A stretch of DNA of 63,839 nt, the filler included, from Octopus bimaculoides (taxonomy: Eukaryota): assembly GCF_001194135.2 (NCBI RefSeq). It is 6 parts of 5 records of this genome, joined end to end, with 100 filler letters (N's around TTAATTAATTAA, not from the genome) between each part and the next. Parts side by side here need not be neighbours in the genome. Positions count along the whole stretch, not along the records: positions 48,718 to 60,101 come from NC_068985.1; positions 60,202 to 63,839 come from NC_069000.1; 4 more parts are not named here. One strand, given 5' to 3'. The notes under the pieces are model-generated. The model was not told the DNA's origin and searched no databases. It was given only the letters and a program-made list of their open reading frames with translations. Shown piece after piece: positions 49,562 through 62,384 of this stretch (positions are counted from its first letter, which is position 1; every line of letters begins with the position of its first letter). A program made the position numbers and the translations under genes.

Positions 49562-49596
49562 ATTTCCGAAGAAGAGCTTTGCTCGAAACGTAAAAT
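49562..49596 (+). ncRNA. Minimal type-I hammerhead-ribozyme-like motif (core variant CCGAAGA)
   Basis: attt-CCGAAGA-a-GAGC ttt GCTC-GAAA-CG-TA-aaat: stem I attt/aaat, stem II GAGC/GCTC, palindromic ACGT stem III. This is the layout established for Penelope-associated minimal hammerheads, but the conserved U4 is C here. Confidence 0.5.
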
Positions 49597-49694
49597 CCTC
49601 TTTCTTTTCTTTCCTAAGGGTCTGATAATACAGTACTTATACCACATCCTCGCGTTGTTGCTTTTTTTCGTTTTTGTTCTTCTTTGTTCAGATT

Positions 49695-49729
<35 letters not shown>

Positions 49730-50962
49730 NNNNNNNNNNNNNNNNNNNNNNNNNNNNNNNNNNNNNNNNNNNNNNNNNNNNNNNNNNNNNNNNNNNNNNN
49801 NNNNNNNNNNNNNNNNNNNNNNNNNNNNNNNNNNNNNNNNNNNNNNNNNNNNNNNNNNNNNNNNNNNNNNNNNNNNNNNNNNNNNNNNNNNNNNNNNNNN
49901 NNNNNNNNNNNNNNNNNNNNNNNNNNNNNNNNNNNNNNNNNNNNNNNNNNNNNNNNNNNNNNNNNNNNNNNNNNNNNNNNNNNNNNNNNNNNNNNNNNNN
50001 NNNNNNNNNNNNNNNNNNNNNNNNNNNNNNNNNNNNNNNNNNNNNNNNNNNNNNNNNNNNNNNNNNNNNNNNNNNNNNNNNNNNNNNNNNNNNNNNNNNN
50101 NNNNNNNNNNNNNNNNNNNNNNNNNNNNNNNNNNNNNNNNNNNNNNNNNNNNNNNNNNNNNNNNNNNNNNNNNNNNNNNNNNNNNNNNNNNNNNNNNNNN
50201 NNNNNNNNNNNNNNNNNNNNNNNNNNNNNNNNNNNNNNNNNNNNNNNNNNNNNNNNNNNNNNNNNNNNNNNNNNNNNNNNNNNNNNNNNNNNNNNNNNNN
50301 NNNNNNNNNNNNNNNNNNNNNNNNNNNNNNNNNNNNNNNNNNNNNNNNNNNNNNNNNNNNNNNNNNNNNNNNNNNNNNNNNNNNNNNNNATTCCGCGTTT
50401 CGAAGGTAAGAACAAGACACAACTTCATTAAAACAGTCCTTCCCGCAAAGCAAATTAAATAGAATTTGGGATTTTTTGCAGAGGGTGAAAGTGGTAACAA
50501 AAAACAGGTCAGTGAGAGCAAAACAGTAAAAACAAATGGTGAGGGCTGTTAAGCCAAGACGATGTGAAGTGGTGAATGCTTGGAAAAACGAGCTTTCAGA
50601 AGAGACAGATAAAAGCATGTCTGTCTTTAGGAAGGAAGTGGAAGAAAGAGAGATGAGTGTGTGGGTGGGATGTACCTACATATATACATGTGTACACACA
50701 CACTCATATATATGTACATTTAAATAGGAATTAGCAACATGAATGATTAGACAATACACTGACTGAAATATGCGGAAAATATAAAAGAGGAAAAATGATA
50801 TTAATCTAAAAAAAATGTAGTATGTAATTGTATCAATGGAAGGATGTATTCTTATAATCATCAGTTTATATTGCTATCATTATTGAGCATTATGTAACCA
50901 ACATTTATTATGTCACCATGACTATGTAATTATGTTATTGCCATTAAACAATTATTACTAAC

Positions 50963-51037
50963 CTTATTCTGGTTTTGGGGCTGATAGCAACAAGAGCTGC
51001 TCGATCCCAAATAGCATTAAACTGTCCTTCAAAATCC
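50963..51037 (-). CDS. TPMT: Thiopurine S-methyltransferase exon (75 nt): (K)DFEGQFNAIWDRAALVAISPKTRI(R)
   Basis: Acceptor ttttcttttctgccaaatcacag, donor GTTAGT. IWDR(A/G)ALVAI is a TPMT hallmark; phase 2-2; same length as the recalled orthologous human exon. Confidence 0.92.
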
Positions 51038-52215
51038 CTGTGATTTGGCAGAAAAGAAAAAGAAGAAAAATTAATTGCAAGATTTATTACAATTGGTTGA
51101 AATGTAAAGCACTTCTAATTATATTCTGGAAGAAAAGAAATAACCTATTTTTACTTCCTTTATTTTAGTTCAGTTAAAGGAAGGCCTAGAAGGAATTACT
51201 GCAAGTGAAATAAATGTCNNNNNNNNNNNNNNNNNNNNNNNNNNNNNNNNNNNNNNNNNNNNNNNNNNNNNNNNNNNNNNNNNNNNNNNNNNNNNNNNNN
51301 NNNNNNNNNNNNNNNNNNNNNNNNNNNNNNNNNNNNNNNNNNNNNNNNNNNNNNNNNNNNNNNNNNNNNNNNNNNNNNNNNNNNNNNNNNNNNNNNNNNN
51401 NNNNNNNNNNNNNNNNNNNNNNNNNNNNNNNNNNNNNNNNNNNNNNNNNNNNNNNNNNNNNNNNNNNNNNNNNNNNNNNNNNNNNNNNNNNNNNNNNNNN
51501 NNNNNNNNNNNNNNNNNNNNNNNNNNNNNNNNNNNNNNNNNNNNNNNNNNNNNNNNNNNNNNNNNNNNNNNNNNNNNNNNNNNACAAAATGCTTTTATTC
51601 AGCTTATCAATTTATGAGCAGTTCCTTTCTCACATCTGTCCCAAATCAACACCATTGGCATTTCTCCCTGAAGATTTTTTTCTACGACAGGAGGAAATTG
51701 AAATTCTTGTACATGAGAAAGTCACCACAGCCACTACTACATCACCACCACAACTGCCACCACAACTGCCCTTCCTGTTGCCAACTCTCATCTGTTTTCA
51801 AACAAGTTAGTATTTCCCCATGTCCAGACATCATGTGATCACATGATATACATCACTGGTTACAACGTGCTCCTCATCATTTTAGCTTTCAAATGATGCC
51901 ACACCATTGGTTAAGCAAGTAGGCTGATATCCAGATATATTTACACTTAATATTAGAAATGAATTACATTGTTTCTTTGACAGTGACACTCATTTACAAC
52001 TACAACATGATATCAAGTCAGGGAGACACACACACACACACACACAACTGGCTTTTTTTAAGCTCCAGGCTATAGTAGGAGACACTTGCCCAAGGTGCAC
52101 ACAGAGGGCCTGAACCTGGAACTATGTAGTTGCAAAGCTAGCTACTCTGTCACTCCTCTGTGTCCATGTTCAAATATTGAAAATTTAGTAGAGTTTTAAA
52201 AAATGCAACACTTAC

Positions 52216-52268
52216 TTTGAAAATTTAAACATATCCATGCAATATAGTTTGATTTTTCCATCTTTGCT
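52216..52268 (-). CDS. TPMT: TPMT exon (53 nt): SKDGKIKLYCMDMFKFS(K)
   Basis: Acceptor ttttatctttcgtctag, donor GTAAGT; phase 0-2; homologous to human SSSGNISLYCCSIFDLPR. Confidence 0.88.
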
Positions 52269-52794
52269 CTAGACGAAAGATAAAATTCAAATGAAATACC
52301 TATTGAAACAATTTTTGAACAGCTAATTTCATTTTTCTGGATTTCTTTACTATAATATTATAATCTCAGTTCTTAAGTTGCCATTTATTATTTCATCATT
52401 AGTATTCAGATCACTCTGTCAAATATGATTGCTTATTTTATTCTCATCATTCTGTATTACTCATGCATTGTCTCATAGCTTTGAGATTTCAATGCTGTGA
52501 ACATTGTTTCTTTTTAGAATGACATTGTAGGGAAGGTGATAGAGGCTGGATCTGACCAGTTTGAACATAAAATACATAGAATATTTCAGCCAGATCTGAC
52601 CAGTTTAAATGCTCAACAATTAAGCATCCTGTATGTGTAAATGCACTTAAGGTGAGAATGAACTCACAAAATTATATTTCAAATAGAATTTCAATGCAAC
52701 TATCCACTGTACTATCAATACACTACTGCTGCTGCAGTTGCAACTGTTATTGTTTCTGTTTTTTCTTGACCACTTTATGCAGAAATAGATATTC

Positions 52795-52985
52795 GTTTCT
52801 ACTCTAGGCACAAGGCCTGAAATTTTTAGGGAGGTGGGGGCACAAAGCCTGAAATTTTTAGGGACGTGGTACTTAATTTATCAACCCCAAAAGGATGAAA
52901 GGCAAAGTCAACCCCGGCAGAATTTGAACTCACAACGTAAAGACAGACAAAATAACACTAAGCTTTTCACCCGGCATGCTAACAT
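52795..52985 (-). mobile_element. SINE family A, intronic in TPMT
   Basis: aggcacaaggcctgaaattttt occurs twice; ggcaaagtcaaccccggcagaatttgaactc. Confidence 0.8.
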
Positions 52986-53201
52986 AGATATTATACCATA
53001 TACCAAAGTCTTAAATTAATCCACCATATCGCACCAAGATAACAGAGAAGAGGAAAACAGAAAGAATTAAAACATTTAACAGCATAAATGAAAATATTAT
53101 GCAATTAGGGATATCCACAAACCAGGTTTCGGCTTTTGGGTATTTAAACCCTGAGCCTCCTCCTCCTCCTCACCACCACCACCACCAAAATGAATATTTA
53201 C

Positions 53202-53331
53202 TGTAAAGAGTTTTCCTGTGTTGTCCTTTAATTCTTCAACAGTATATTCCAAATTCTGGTCAGTAAAGAATTCCTGGAAAGCTTGTTCAGCAATGTCAAC
53301 TCCAACAATATTATGCCCTTTATCTGCTAAT
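53202..53331 (-). CDS. TPMT: TPMT exon (130 nt): LADKGHNIVGVDIAEQAFQEFFTDQNLEYTVEELKDNTGKLFT
   Basis: Acceptor tttgtttatttttcag, donor GTAAAT; phase 2-0; homologous to human [27 protein letters not shown]. Confidence 0.93.
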
Positions 53332-53684
53332 CTGAAAAATAAACAAACTACACATATATATATATATATGCATCATCATTATTATCATCATTTAACATCT
53401 GCCTATATTTACACACACACACACACACACATGCACACACACATGCACACACACACGTGCATGCACATGCACACACACACGTGCATGCGCATGCACACAC
53501 ACACATCACTGGAGATAATGTTCTGATGGATCCTCATAAATTTAGTGGGTGAGGGAAAAACAAGAGCAGGGAAGGAGTTCCAGAGGGATGTAAGGCTGAG
53601 AAAAGGATTGGAAACAGTATTCATTACAGGATGAGGATTCAGGATCATGTCATTGAGTCACTATTATTCAAAGACAATACTTAC

Positions 53685-53777
53685 CCTTTCATATCTACAG
53701 ATTTCCCACAGAGGGGAAAGAAAATTTTTATTCCATTTCTTCCATCAATAAATTTGTCCAAATGTTTCTCAAGTGAT
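53685..53777 (-). CDS. TPMT: TPMT exon (93 nt): [30 protein letters not shown](G)
   Basis: Acceptor ttcttttcctttgtctttaag, donor GTAAGT; SAM-binding motif I FFPLCGK; phase 2-2. Confidence 0.93.
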
Positions 53778-55611
53778 CTTAAAGACAAAGGAAAAGAACA
53801 GCAAAAATAAAAAAAATTATTTCAATAATATTCAATAAAAACAATAATAATTTTTTTGACAGAGTACCATCTGATTGTGAGAACAATGACTGCAAAATGT
53901 ATTTGCTAGCAAGGAAAAGAAAACAGACATCAAACAAATAAATTAATTTTCATGTAACTGAGAAATAATGGATTGACCCCTCTAATTCTTGTTTCCCTTC
54001 ATCTTCTCCCTACCCCTTTTACATGCCACCCCTTCATTTCTGTTACCATTTGATGACAACACTACTTCTCTCTCTCTCTGTCTCACTTGGAAGAAAGGGT
54101 AAGAGCAAAAGAATGGTAATTAGACTTAGCAAACTCTTTTAAGAATTTTACTTATAGGTTAACCCATTTGATACCAACCCACCAGAGATTGACCCTCATT
54201 CTATGATACAAATTTCTCCTTTTAACCCTTTAACATTTGAAGCGGACATATCTGGCCAAAATGTTCTACNNNNNNNNNNNNNNNNNNNNNNNNNNNNNNN
54301 NNNNNNNNNNNNNNNNNNNNNNNNNNNNNNNNNNNNNNNNNNNNNNNNNNNNNNNNNNNNNNNNNNNNNTTTTTTAATTTTTTTTTTTTTACTTATGTGG
54401 GGAATCAGGAGGTTCAGATTACATATAGTCCGTCTCCGCCGGATAACAGTGCCTTTGTATACATACATATATATGAGTGTTTGAATGTGTGTTCATGAGA
54501 GAAACACATTTGTGTGAATGCGTATAATAAATTAACGTGTATGTTTTCTATGTTAGAGAAACATCCACTACGTGTGTGTGTGTGTGTGTACTTGTCTTTG
54601 AAATCAGGTATACCAGCTCAATTTCATAAAAAGAAGCACAAAATTTTCAAAACGTAGAGGATTGTGTTAGTAATCCAACATGGAAATTTTGCTAGTAAAT
54701 ACGTATCTTTTATCTTCTATTTGTTTTAGTCCTTGGCCACTTTAGGGCATCGCCTTGAAGGGTTTAATCGAACAAATCAACCCCAGTACTTATTATCTTG
54801 GTCTCTTTTGCCAAACTGCTAAGTTACAGAGATGAAAACAAACCAGCACTGTTTGTCAAGCAATGGTGAAGAAAAAACACACGCATAACACAGGCTTCTT
54901 TTAGCAAGTAAATTGAGGATACAAGCACTACAAGTTGAAAGCTCTGCATATTGGACACTAGCAGGATTGTGGGATCATCAGGGAGATAATTTGTGCTGTT
55001 TTGGGGTGTTCCTCACCAGCATTATTACTACCAGCCCCACCTCATTGAGATGAGGTGCCACTTACTAGACCAACTACTTACTAGGCTTCACTCAATATTC
55101 TTCTAGGCATTGATCATAGTCGCTTTGTAACGAACTCCTGTGGCTTGCCTTTTTCAATGCACACACATGCATGCATTTATCCTTACATACATAAGGGTCA
55201 TTGACTTGACCTCAAGCAAAACCATTTTGTTATTGCAGACATGCTTGTAATAGGTTTGAAAGGGTCTCTATAATGAGTATACCTTCTAGAGGAGGATGAG
55301 CACTGTGGCCCTGAGCATTTTTCACGTCCCCTAAGATTGATGGGAAGAGAGGAAGTGCCATAAACTTTTAAGGAGTCATGATATCCAACTTTTAACTCAC
55401 CATTTAAAGAGAAGACTATGAATGATGTGGTTGAGTAACATTAATGGACAGAGGAAAGAGGTTGTGTCCCTTGCTGTGTACATGCTTCCTCTCTAGGCTA
55501 TAGATTTTGATTGCAGGAGAGAGAAAGAGAGACAAACAGATAGACAGAGCGAGAGAGAGAGAAAGAGACAGACAGACTGCTGAAAGTGAACAGATATTTG
55601 AAAAGGTTTGA

Positions 55612-55815
55612 TCATCATCATCATCGTTTAACGTCCGCTTTCCATGCTAGCATGGGTTGGACGATTTGACTGAGGACTGGTGAAACCGGATGGCAACACC
55701 AGGCTCCAATCTAATTTGGCAGAGTTTCTACAGCTGGATGCCCTTCCTAACGCCAACCACTCAGAGAGTGTAGTGGGTGCTTTTACGTGTCACCCGCACG
55801 AAAACGGCCACGCTA
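55612..55815 (-). mobile_element. RTE-tail-type interspersed repeat (a second, more diverged copy lies at 56933-57135)
   Basis: (cat)n-cgtttaacgtccgctttccatgc...gctggatgcccttcctaacgccaacc; the ggatgcccttcct..cgccaacc motif is typical of RTE-derived 3' ends (recall). Confidence 0.65.
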
Positions 55816-57363
55816 ATGAATTTTTTAATCTGATTCTTGAAAGTTGTTTAGTTCCAGGCCAGCTCTGATGAAGTAGACCTATGATCAAAATCACTCCATC
55901 CATGACAATCCTGTCTTTCTTCATGCATAGTGTATCTAGGACTACACTATCTAATGTGAACCTTTAAATGGCAGCACAGAGTGCTTTGAAAGAGAGGGAG
56001 AGAAAGAGAGAGAGAGAGAAGTTGCTATCTCTAGGTAACTAAATGGAAGTTTGTATATCTTATTGCTTGGCCTTTTTATTTATTTACTTATTTATTCTGA
56101 CAAAACTAACAGGCTGTTAGTATGTGTTATGAATATGCTAGAGATTTGACTGCTATTTCTGGCAGAACAAGCAACTGTGTAGATGTTCCCTTGTTGCAAA
56201 AGAATGAATACATTGTGCAACTAAAAGCCTGTAATTTCAGATAGAATTGTGTACATTAGCAATTCTTGTACAGAATTAACATATTTCTTAACTATTTCCA
56301 CTGTGGAACTGTATATGGTATTTTTGTAGGGACATATGTTACATGATTAAATTAAGGTTATTTTTCTATTTTATTGTACATACTTTGTTTATAGATTGCA
56401 AGTGACAAGGAAGTGGCTCTGCAACTAGGGTAGAATAAATATTAGATATTTTGTTTGACATTGGTTTATCTACAATTTTCTTGTTGGTATGTTTGCTTGC
56501 TTGCTTACAAGCATGCATACATATATATATACATGCCTACACACAGTTATACAAAGACACACACACGTGCATGCATACATACATACATACATGTAGCAAA
56601 GAGTCTAAAACAGCAGGCCACCAGACCAAATTTATAACTTACTGTATTTCATCCTTGTATGCTCTGATTTCTAAACCTACCAAGTTAACAACACATTTTG
56701 TACCTCATGGGTACAAAAGGAAGTTAAATTGCTTATACCCACTTCCCTACAAATCTGTGTTCTTGTTCCAAAATTTATAGTCAATGTGAAGAAAACAAAA
56801 TGTGGTGGAGAGTTAGTAATGGTAGAGCAACTGACTAAGTAATGTTTTGCCATATTTACTTTCAACTTCTCTACTTACCAAGTTCAAATTCTATTGGGGT
56901 TGACTTTCACTTTATACTTCTCTAGAGTCAATTCATCATCATCATGTAATGTCCGCTTTCCATGCAAGCATAAGTTGGTTGGTTTGGCAGGGGCTTATAA
57001 ACTAAAAGACTGCACCAAGCACTGCAGTCTGTTTTGGCATGGTTTCTATGACTGGATATGCCAACCACTTTTTGGAGTGTACTAGGTGCTTTTATATAAC
57101 ACCAGCACCAGCAAGACCACCAAGTAACTTGCAAAAGCCCCACCTCAGTAGAAGTTGGGAAGGTAGACTAGTACTGAGCAGGGTGGTTGTGTATCAGATG
57201 ATGAGAAGTTAGAGTATAACAGAGGGGACAGAAATAGGTATCTTGCAGTAGAGGAAGTATATATGGCTTCCTTTGTTGGAAAAGGAGAGACAATGAGAGA
57301 AAGAGAGGAGATAATGCTATTGTCTATAAATTTGAGATCCTTTGGTTACTCTTTACTCTTTTC

Positions 57364-57746
57364 TCTTTTACTTGTTTCAGTCTTTTGACTGTGGCCATGC
57401 TGGAGCACTGCCTTTAGTCGAGCAAATCGACCCCAGGAAGTACTAACTTATTCTATCGGTCTCTTTTGTCGAACCGCTAAGTTACGGGGACATAAACACA
57501 CCAGCATCGGTTGTCAAGCGATGTTGGGGGGACAAACACAGACATACAAACACATACACACATACATATATATATATACATATATATGGGCTTCTTTCAG
57601 TTTCTGTCTACCAAATTCACTCACAAGGCTTTGGTCGGCCCGAGGCTATAGTAGAAGACACTTGCCCAAGATGCCACGCAGTGGGACTGAACCCAGGACC
57701 ATGTGGTTGGTAAGCAAGCTACTTACCACACAGCCACTCCTATGCC
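57364..57746 (-). mobile_element. SINE family B, full length
   Basis: Reverse complement of the 34091-34686 element with a shorter central TA tract. Confidence 0.9.
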
Positions 57747-57930
57747 TTACTGTAATGTATTATAATTATTGACAGTTAAACATTGTAAAACATCTATTCT
57801 GGCACCAAACAATTTCTGTTATCTCTCAATGTCATTGCTCAACCTGCGAATAGTCACAGCCAAATCTCCATCAAATCAAACTCAACCATCTTATATAAAG
57901 ACAGGACAGGATGCATTAAATAATGTAGAT

Positions 57931-58135
57931 TTACATAACTCTATATACCTGAAGCAAACAATAACAAAATATATGGTCAATAACATTTAATATAACTATA
58001 TTTATATATTTTATTTTATAATAATATATAAAAAATAAATCTATTACCTCTGAAGGTTGAGACATTAAATTGGATTGTGGCAAAATAAAAGATGTAAATT
58101 TGTCCTGCAGGCCCTCTCTAATAGTCTTTAGGTTT
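57931..58135 (-). CDS. Candidate last two exons of an unidentified gene (58135-58048 NLKTIREGLQDKFTSFILPQSNLMSQPSE; 57948-57931 VYRVM*)
   Basis: Polypyrimidine acceptor, donor GTAATA, a 99-nt very AT-rich intron ending tttgcttcag, and compatible phase 0. No homology recognised. Confidence 0.3.
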
Positions 58136-59233
58136 CTCACAATAAAGAATGAAGAGTAAAGAGGAAAAAGCAAAAACAGTTTGTGTGTTCACTTCTTAAT
58201 GTCAGGAATATAAAGAAAACATTGCAAATATAGAAGTGTCAAGCATTTCAACTGATCAGTGTTAAACATAGACAAATATATAATAAGTCTTCAAAAATAA
58301 ACAGAGAAAGAAAAAGAAACAATAATGTCCAATGTTCAATGACACCACCTTCTGTGTCTTTGCCAAAGGATACAATAAAAATAACAACAAATCAAGATGC
58401 CCATCACTTTTTGTTTATAGCATTTTAATATTTTATTTTCAATTTATATAATTATATTTATGTACCAACAACTCAGTTGTGTTAGATTTTTGTTTTAACA
58501 CAAAAAAAAAAATTATATATTCTTTTTGTTTTATTTTCAATTTATTTTATATTTATAACCAGAACTGTAGATTTTCGTTTTAACAAAAAAGGAATTATAT
58601 TCATGCACACAAACACACATATATATATACATATGCACACTCATATATACACATACATANNNNNNNNNNNNNNNNNNNNNNNNNNNNNNNNNNNNNNNNN
58701 NNNNNNNNNNNNNNNNNNNNNNNNNNNNNNNNNNNNNNNNNNNNNNNNNNNNNNNNNNNNNNNNNNNNNNNNNNNNNNNNNNNNNNNNNNNNNNNNNNNN
58801 NNNNNNNNNNNNNNNNNNNNNNNNNNNNNNNNNNNNNNNNNNNNNNNNNNNNNNNNNNNNNNNNNNNNNNNNNNNNNNNNNNNNNNNNNNNNNNNNNNNN
58901 NNNNNNNNNNNNNNNNNNNNNNNNNNNNNNNNNNNNNNNNNNNNNNNNNNNNNNNNNNNNNNNNNNNNNNNNNNNNNNNNNNNNNNNNNNNNNNNNNNNN
59001 NNNNNNNNNNNNNNNNNNNNNNNNNNNNNNNNNNNNNNNNNNNNNNNNNNNNNNNNNNNNNNNNNNNNNNNNNNNNNNNNNNNNNNNNNNNNNNNNNNNN
59101 NNNNNNNNNNNNNNNNNNNNNNNNNNNNNNNNNNNNNNNNNNNNNNNNNNNNNNNNNNNNNNNNNNNNNNNNNNNNNNNNNNNNNNNNNNNNNNNNNNNN
59201 NNNNNNNNNNNNNNNNNNNNNNNNNNNNNNNNN

Positions 59234-59264
<31 letters not shown>

Positions 59265-60201
59265 CATACATATATATATACACACACACACATATACATA
59301 TATATAACTTTATATATTATATATACTTTTAAATATATATATATCTTTTAATGGATGAATGTAAATTCATCCTTTAATTGGAGTAATTTCCAAAGATTTC
59401 TAACATTGTTTCTTCATTATTCCTCATCAAAACAGACGCCCCTTAGAGTAACCACCTGGTCTTGCTGTTTTAACAGACCAAGATTCAACTTGTCATCTTC
59501 TATTGAAAGAATTGACCAACTGTACAGATATAAACACATTTTTTTCTTCTTTCTTTCTTCCTTCCTTTCTTTCCTTCTCTTTTCCATTGACATTAAGAAA
59601 AAACACATTTTTTCACTTTGAAAAGATGTTTCTTTCAGACCCCCTAGTGAGCTGGCTGAACCAAAGTAAGCATCTGTTCTAGCCACCTACTTAAAAATAT
59701 ATATTCTTTTCCTTTTTTCTTTGTCTCTTGTTCAAAAAGCTTCCTTTCAGACACACACACACTCTTTCTCACTTTCTCCCCCACTATCTCCCCATTCCTC
59801 TCTCTCTCTCTTCCTACCCTATACACTCCACATTACTCTCTTCCCCCTCTCTCTCTCTCCACCCCAACCCATTCACTAATACTATAAAAAGAGACAAATC
59901 CCTTCACAAAATTTAAATCTGAGGAATCTATTAGAGTAGATGAAAGCGATTATATGTGATTTGTAAAAACATGTGACATGTTAATAAATATTTGTATATG
60001 TACAGCCATCCAGATCTCTGAATACCTTAATTTTTCTAATATATAATATCTGTACATCACCTCTAAACATTCTAATATACATACACACACACACACATAT
60101 ANNNNNNNNNNNNNNNNNNNNNNNNNNNNNNNNNNNNNNNNNNNNTTAATTAATTAANNNNNNNNNNNNNNNNNNNNNNNNNNNNNNNNNNNNNNNNNNN
60201 N

Positions 60202-60307
<106 letters not shown>

Positions 60308-61587
60308 AGTTCGTGGCTCGACTGCGTTTTAGGCGCAAGAGAATATATTCTCAATGCGCTTGGTGTTAAAAACACCTAAAAAGTAAGTCATAGGCAAGTG
60401 AGACAACTCGCATGAGGTTCCTTCTCGGAGTAACAGATATAAATGCTTCGTCATTGTTGTGGCTTTTCAATTCCGTTTACCGAACAAGACCAACTGCTGC
60501 AAGCTATATCGCAGACTGTGACTATATGCTAAATGGTTTAAGAACCATCTACTGGCATGTCCTGTCCCAACGTTACATGCTACGTTACACACACACACAC
60601 ACACACTTGCTAATACTTTGCATAAATGTATCTCCTAACATATTTAAGTCCTCACGGTATGTATACTGATGTCAATGTTCTCTAAATAGTTTCTTTTTTT
60701 TTTTAATTTTATTTTCTGCCAATGAAAGCGTTACATGTCAACGGCCTTTTGTTTTCGGAAAAAAAAAAAAAGTACGAATTGTCAGAATTCCAAGATAATT
60801 TAACTAAATTTTAATACCACAATAAAAGAATCACAAAACGGGTTTTTGAAGCCGGGCCAACTGGTGGGAGGCCTCGGGATAGACAGAAAACGAAATGGTT
60901 TTACGATAATNNNNNNNNNNNNNNNNNNNNNNNNNNNNNNNNNNNNNNNNNNNNNNNNNNNNNNNNNNNNNNNNNNNNNNNNNNNNNNNNNNNNNNNNNN
61001 NNNNNNNNNNNNNNNNNNNNNNNNNNNNNNNNNNNNNNNNNNNNNNNNNNNNNNNNNNNNNNNNNNNNNNNNNNNNNNNNNNNNNNNNNNNNNNNNNNNN
61101 NNNNNNNNNNNNNNNNNNNNNNNNNNNNNNNNNNNNNNNNNNNNNNNNNNNNNNNNNNNNNNNNNNNNNNNNNNNNNNNNNNNNNNNNNNNNNNNNNNNN
61201 NNNNNNNNNNNNNNNNNNNNNNNNNNNNNNNNNNNNNNNNNNNNNNNNNNNNNNNNNNNNNNNNNNNNNNNNNNNNNNNNNNNNNNNNNNNNNNNNNNNN
61301 NNNNNNNNNNNNNNNNNNNNNNNNNNNNNNNNNNNNNNNNNNNNNNNNNNNNNNNNNNNNNNNNNNNNNNNNNNNNNNNNNNNNNNNNNNNNNNNNNNNN
61401 NNNNNNNNNNNNNNNNNNNNNNNNNNNNNNNNNNNNNNNNNNNNNNNNNNNNNNNNNNNNNNNNNNNNNNNNNNNNNNNNNNNNNNNNNNNNNNNNNNNN
61501 NNNNNNNNNNNNNNNNNNNNNNNNNNNNNNNNNNNNNNNNNNNNNNNNNNNNNNNNNNNNNNNNNNNNNNNNNNNNNNNNNNNNNNN

Positions 61588-61627
<40 letters not shown>

Positions 61628-62384
61628 CTACACACACGCAACACACACACATACACAAACAACACACACACACACACACATTTCTATATGTCTGTGTATG
61701 TGTGTATATGTTTAATTTCACCAATCGAATCGTTTTAAGACGCTGATTTCACATATTATGCAATAAACAAGCCATGAAATGTGCTTCGAGATCCACTCGA
61801 GAGGGTTTTAAGAAGCGAGATACTTTGAGTGGTTGTAGTCCTTGTTACACTTGTCTACATGTCACTACTGGAACGCCTTTCTAACAGAGATATGATAGAT
61901 GAAGCATGATCTGCCTGAAGTACAACAAGAACAGATAAAGAAAAAAAAACCCCAACAAAACAGAAAAACAAAAAAACAGAAGAGATATCTCTGATATTTA
62001 AAGCTGACATTTTTGTAAAAGTACTTCGATGAATGTTTAAGACAAATGTGGAACATGAAAGATAAAATATATCTGTTGTTATTGATTGGTGGTGGTGACA
62101 CAACGACAAGACGACGCTGATGACAGACGAATCCACAAATACCATNNNNNNNNNNNNNNNNNNNNNNNNNNNNNNNNNNNNNNNNNNNNNNNNNNNNNNN
62201 NNNNNNNNNNNNNNNNNNNNNNNNNNNNNNNNNNNNNNNNNNNNNNNNNNNNNNNNNNNNNNNNNNNNNNNNNNNNNNNNNNNNNNNNNNNNNNNNNNNN
62301 NNNNNNNNNNNNNNNNNNNNNNNNNNNNNNNNNNNNNNNNNNNNNNNNNNNNNNNNNNNNNNNNNNNNNNNNNNNNNNNNNNNN

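Noticed and set aside
51635-51646. Second IWDR motif on minus inside the TPMT locus (alternative exon?)
   Set aside because: The context GEMPMVLIWDRCEKGTAH does not match TPMT; the real exon at 50963-51037 fits in phase, length and sequence.
54380-54460. ...CAT AA|GTAAAA as the missing first coding exon of TPMT
   Set aside because: An in-frame TAA lies a few codons upstream and there is no W..W..FH motif.
61855-61914. Strong minus-strand acceptor followed by ADHASSIISLLERRSSSDM*
   Set aside because: All three frames stop within about 60 nt and no homology is recognised; it could be a UTR or terminal exon but cannot be supported.
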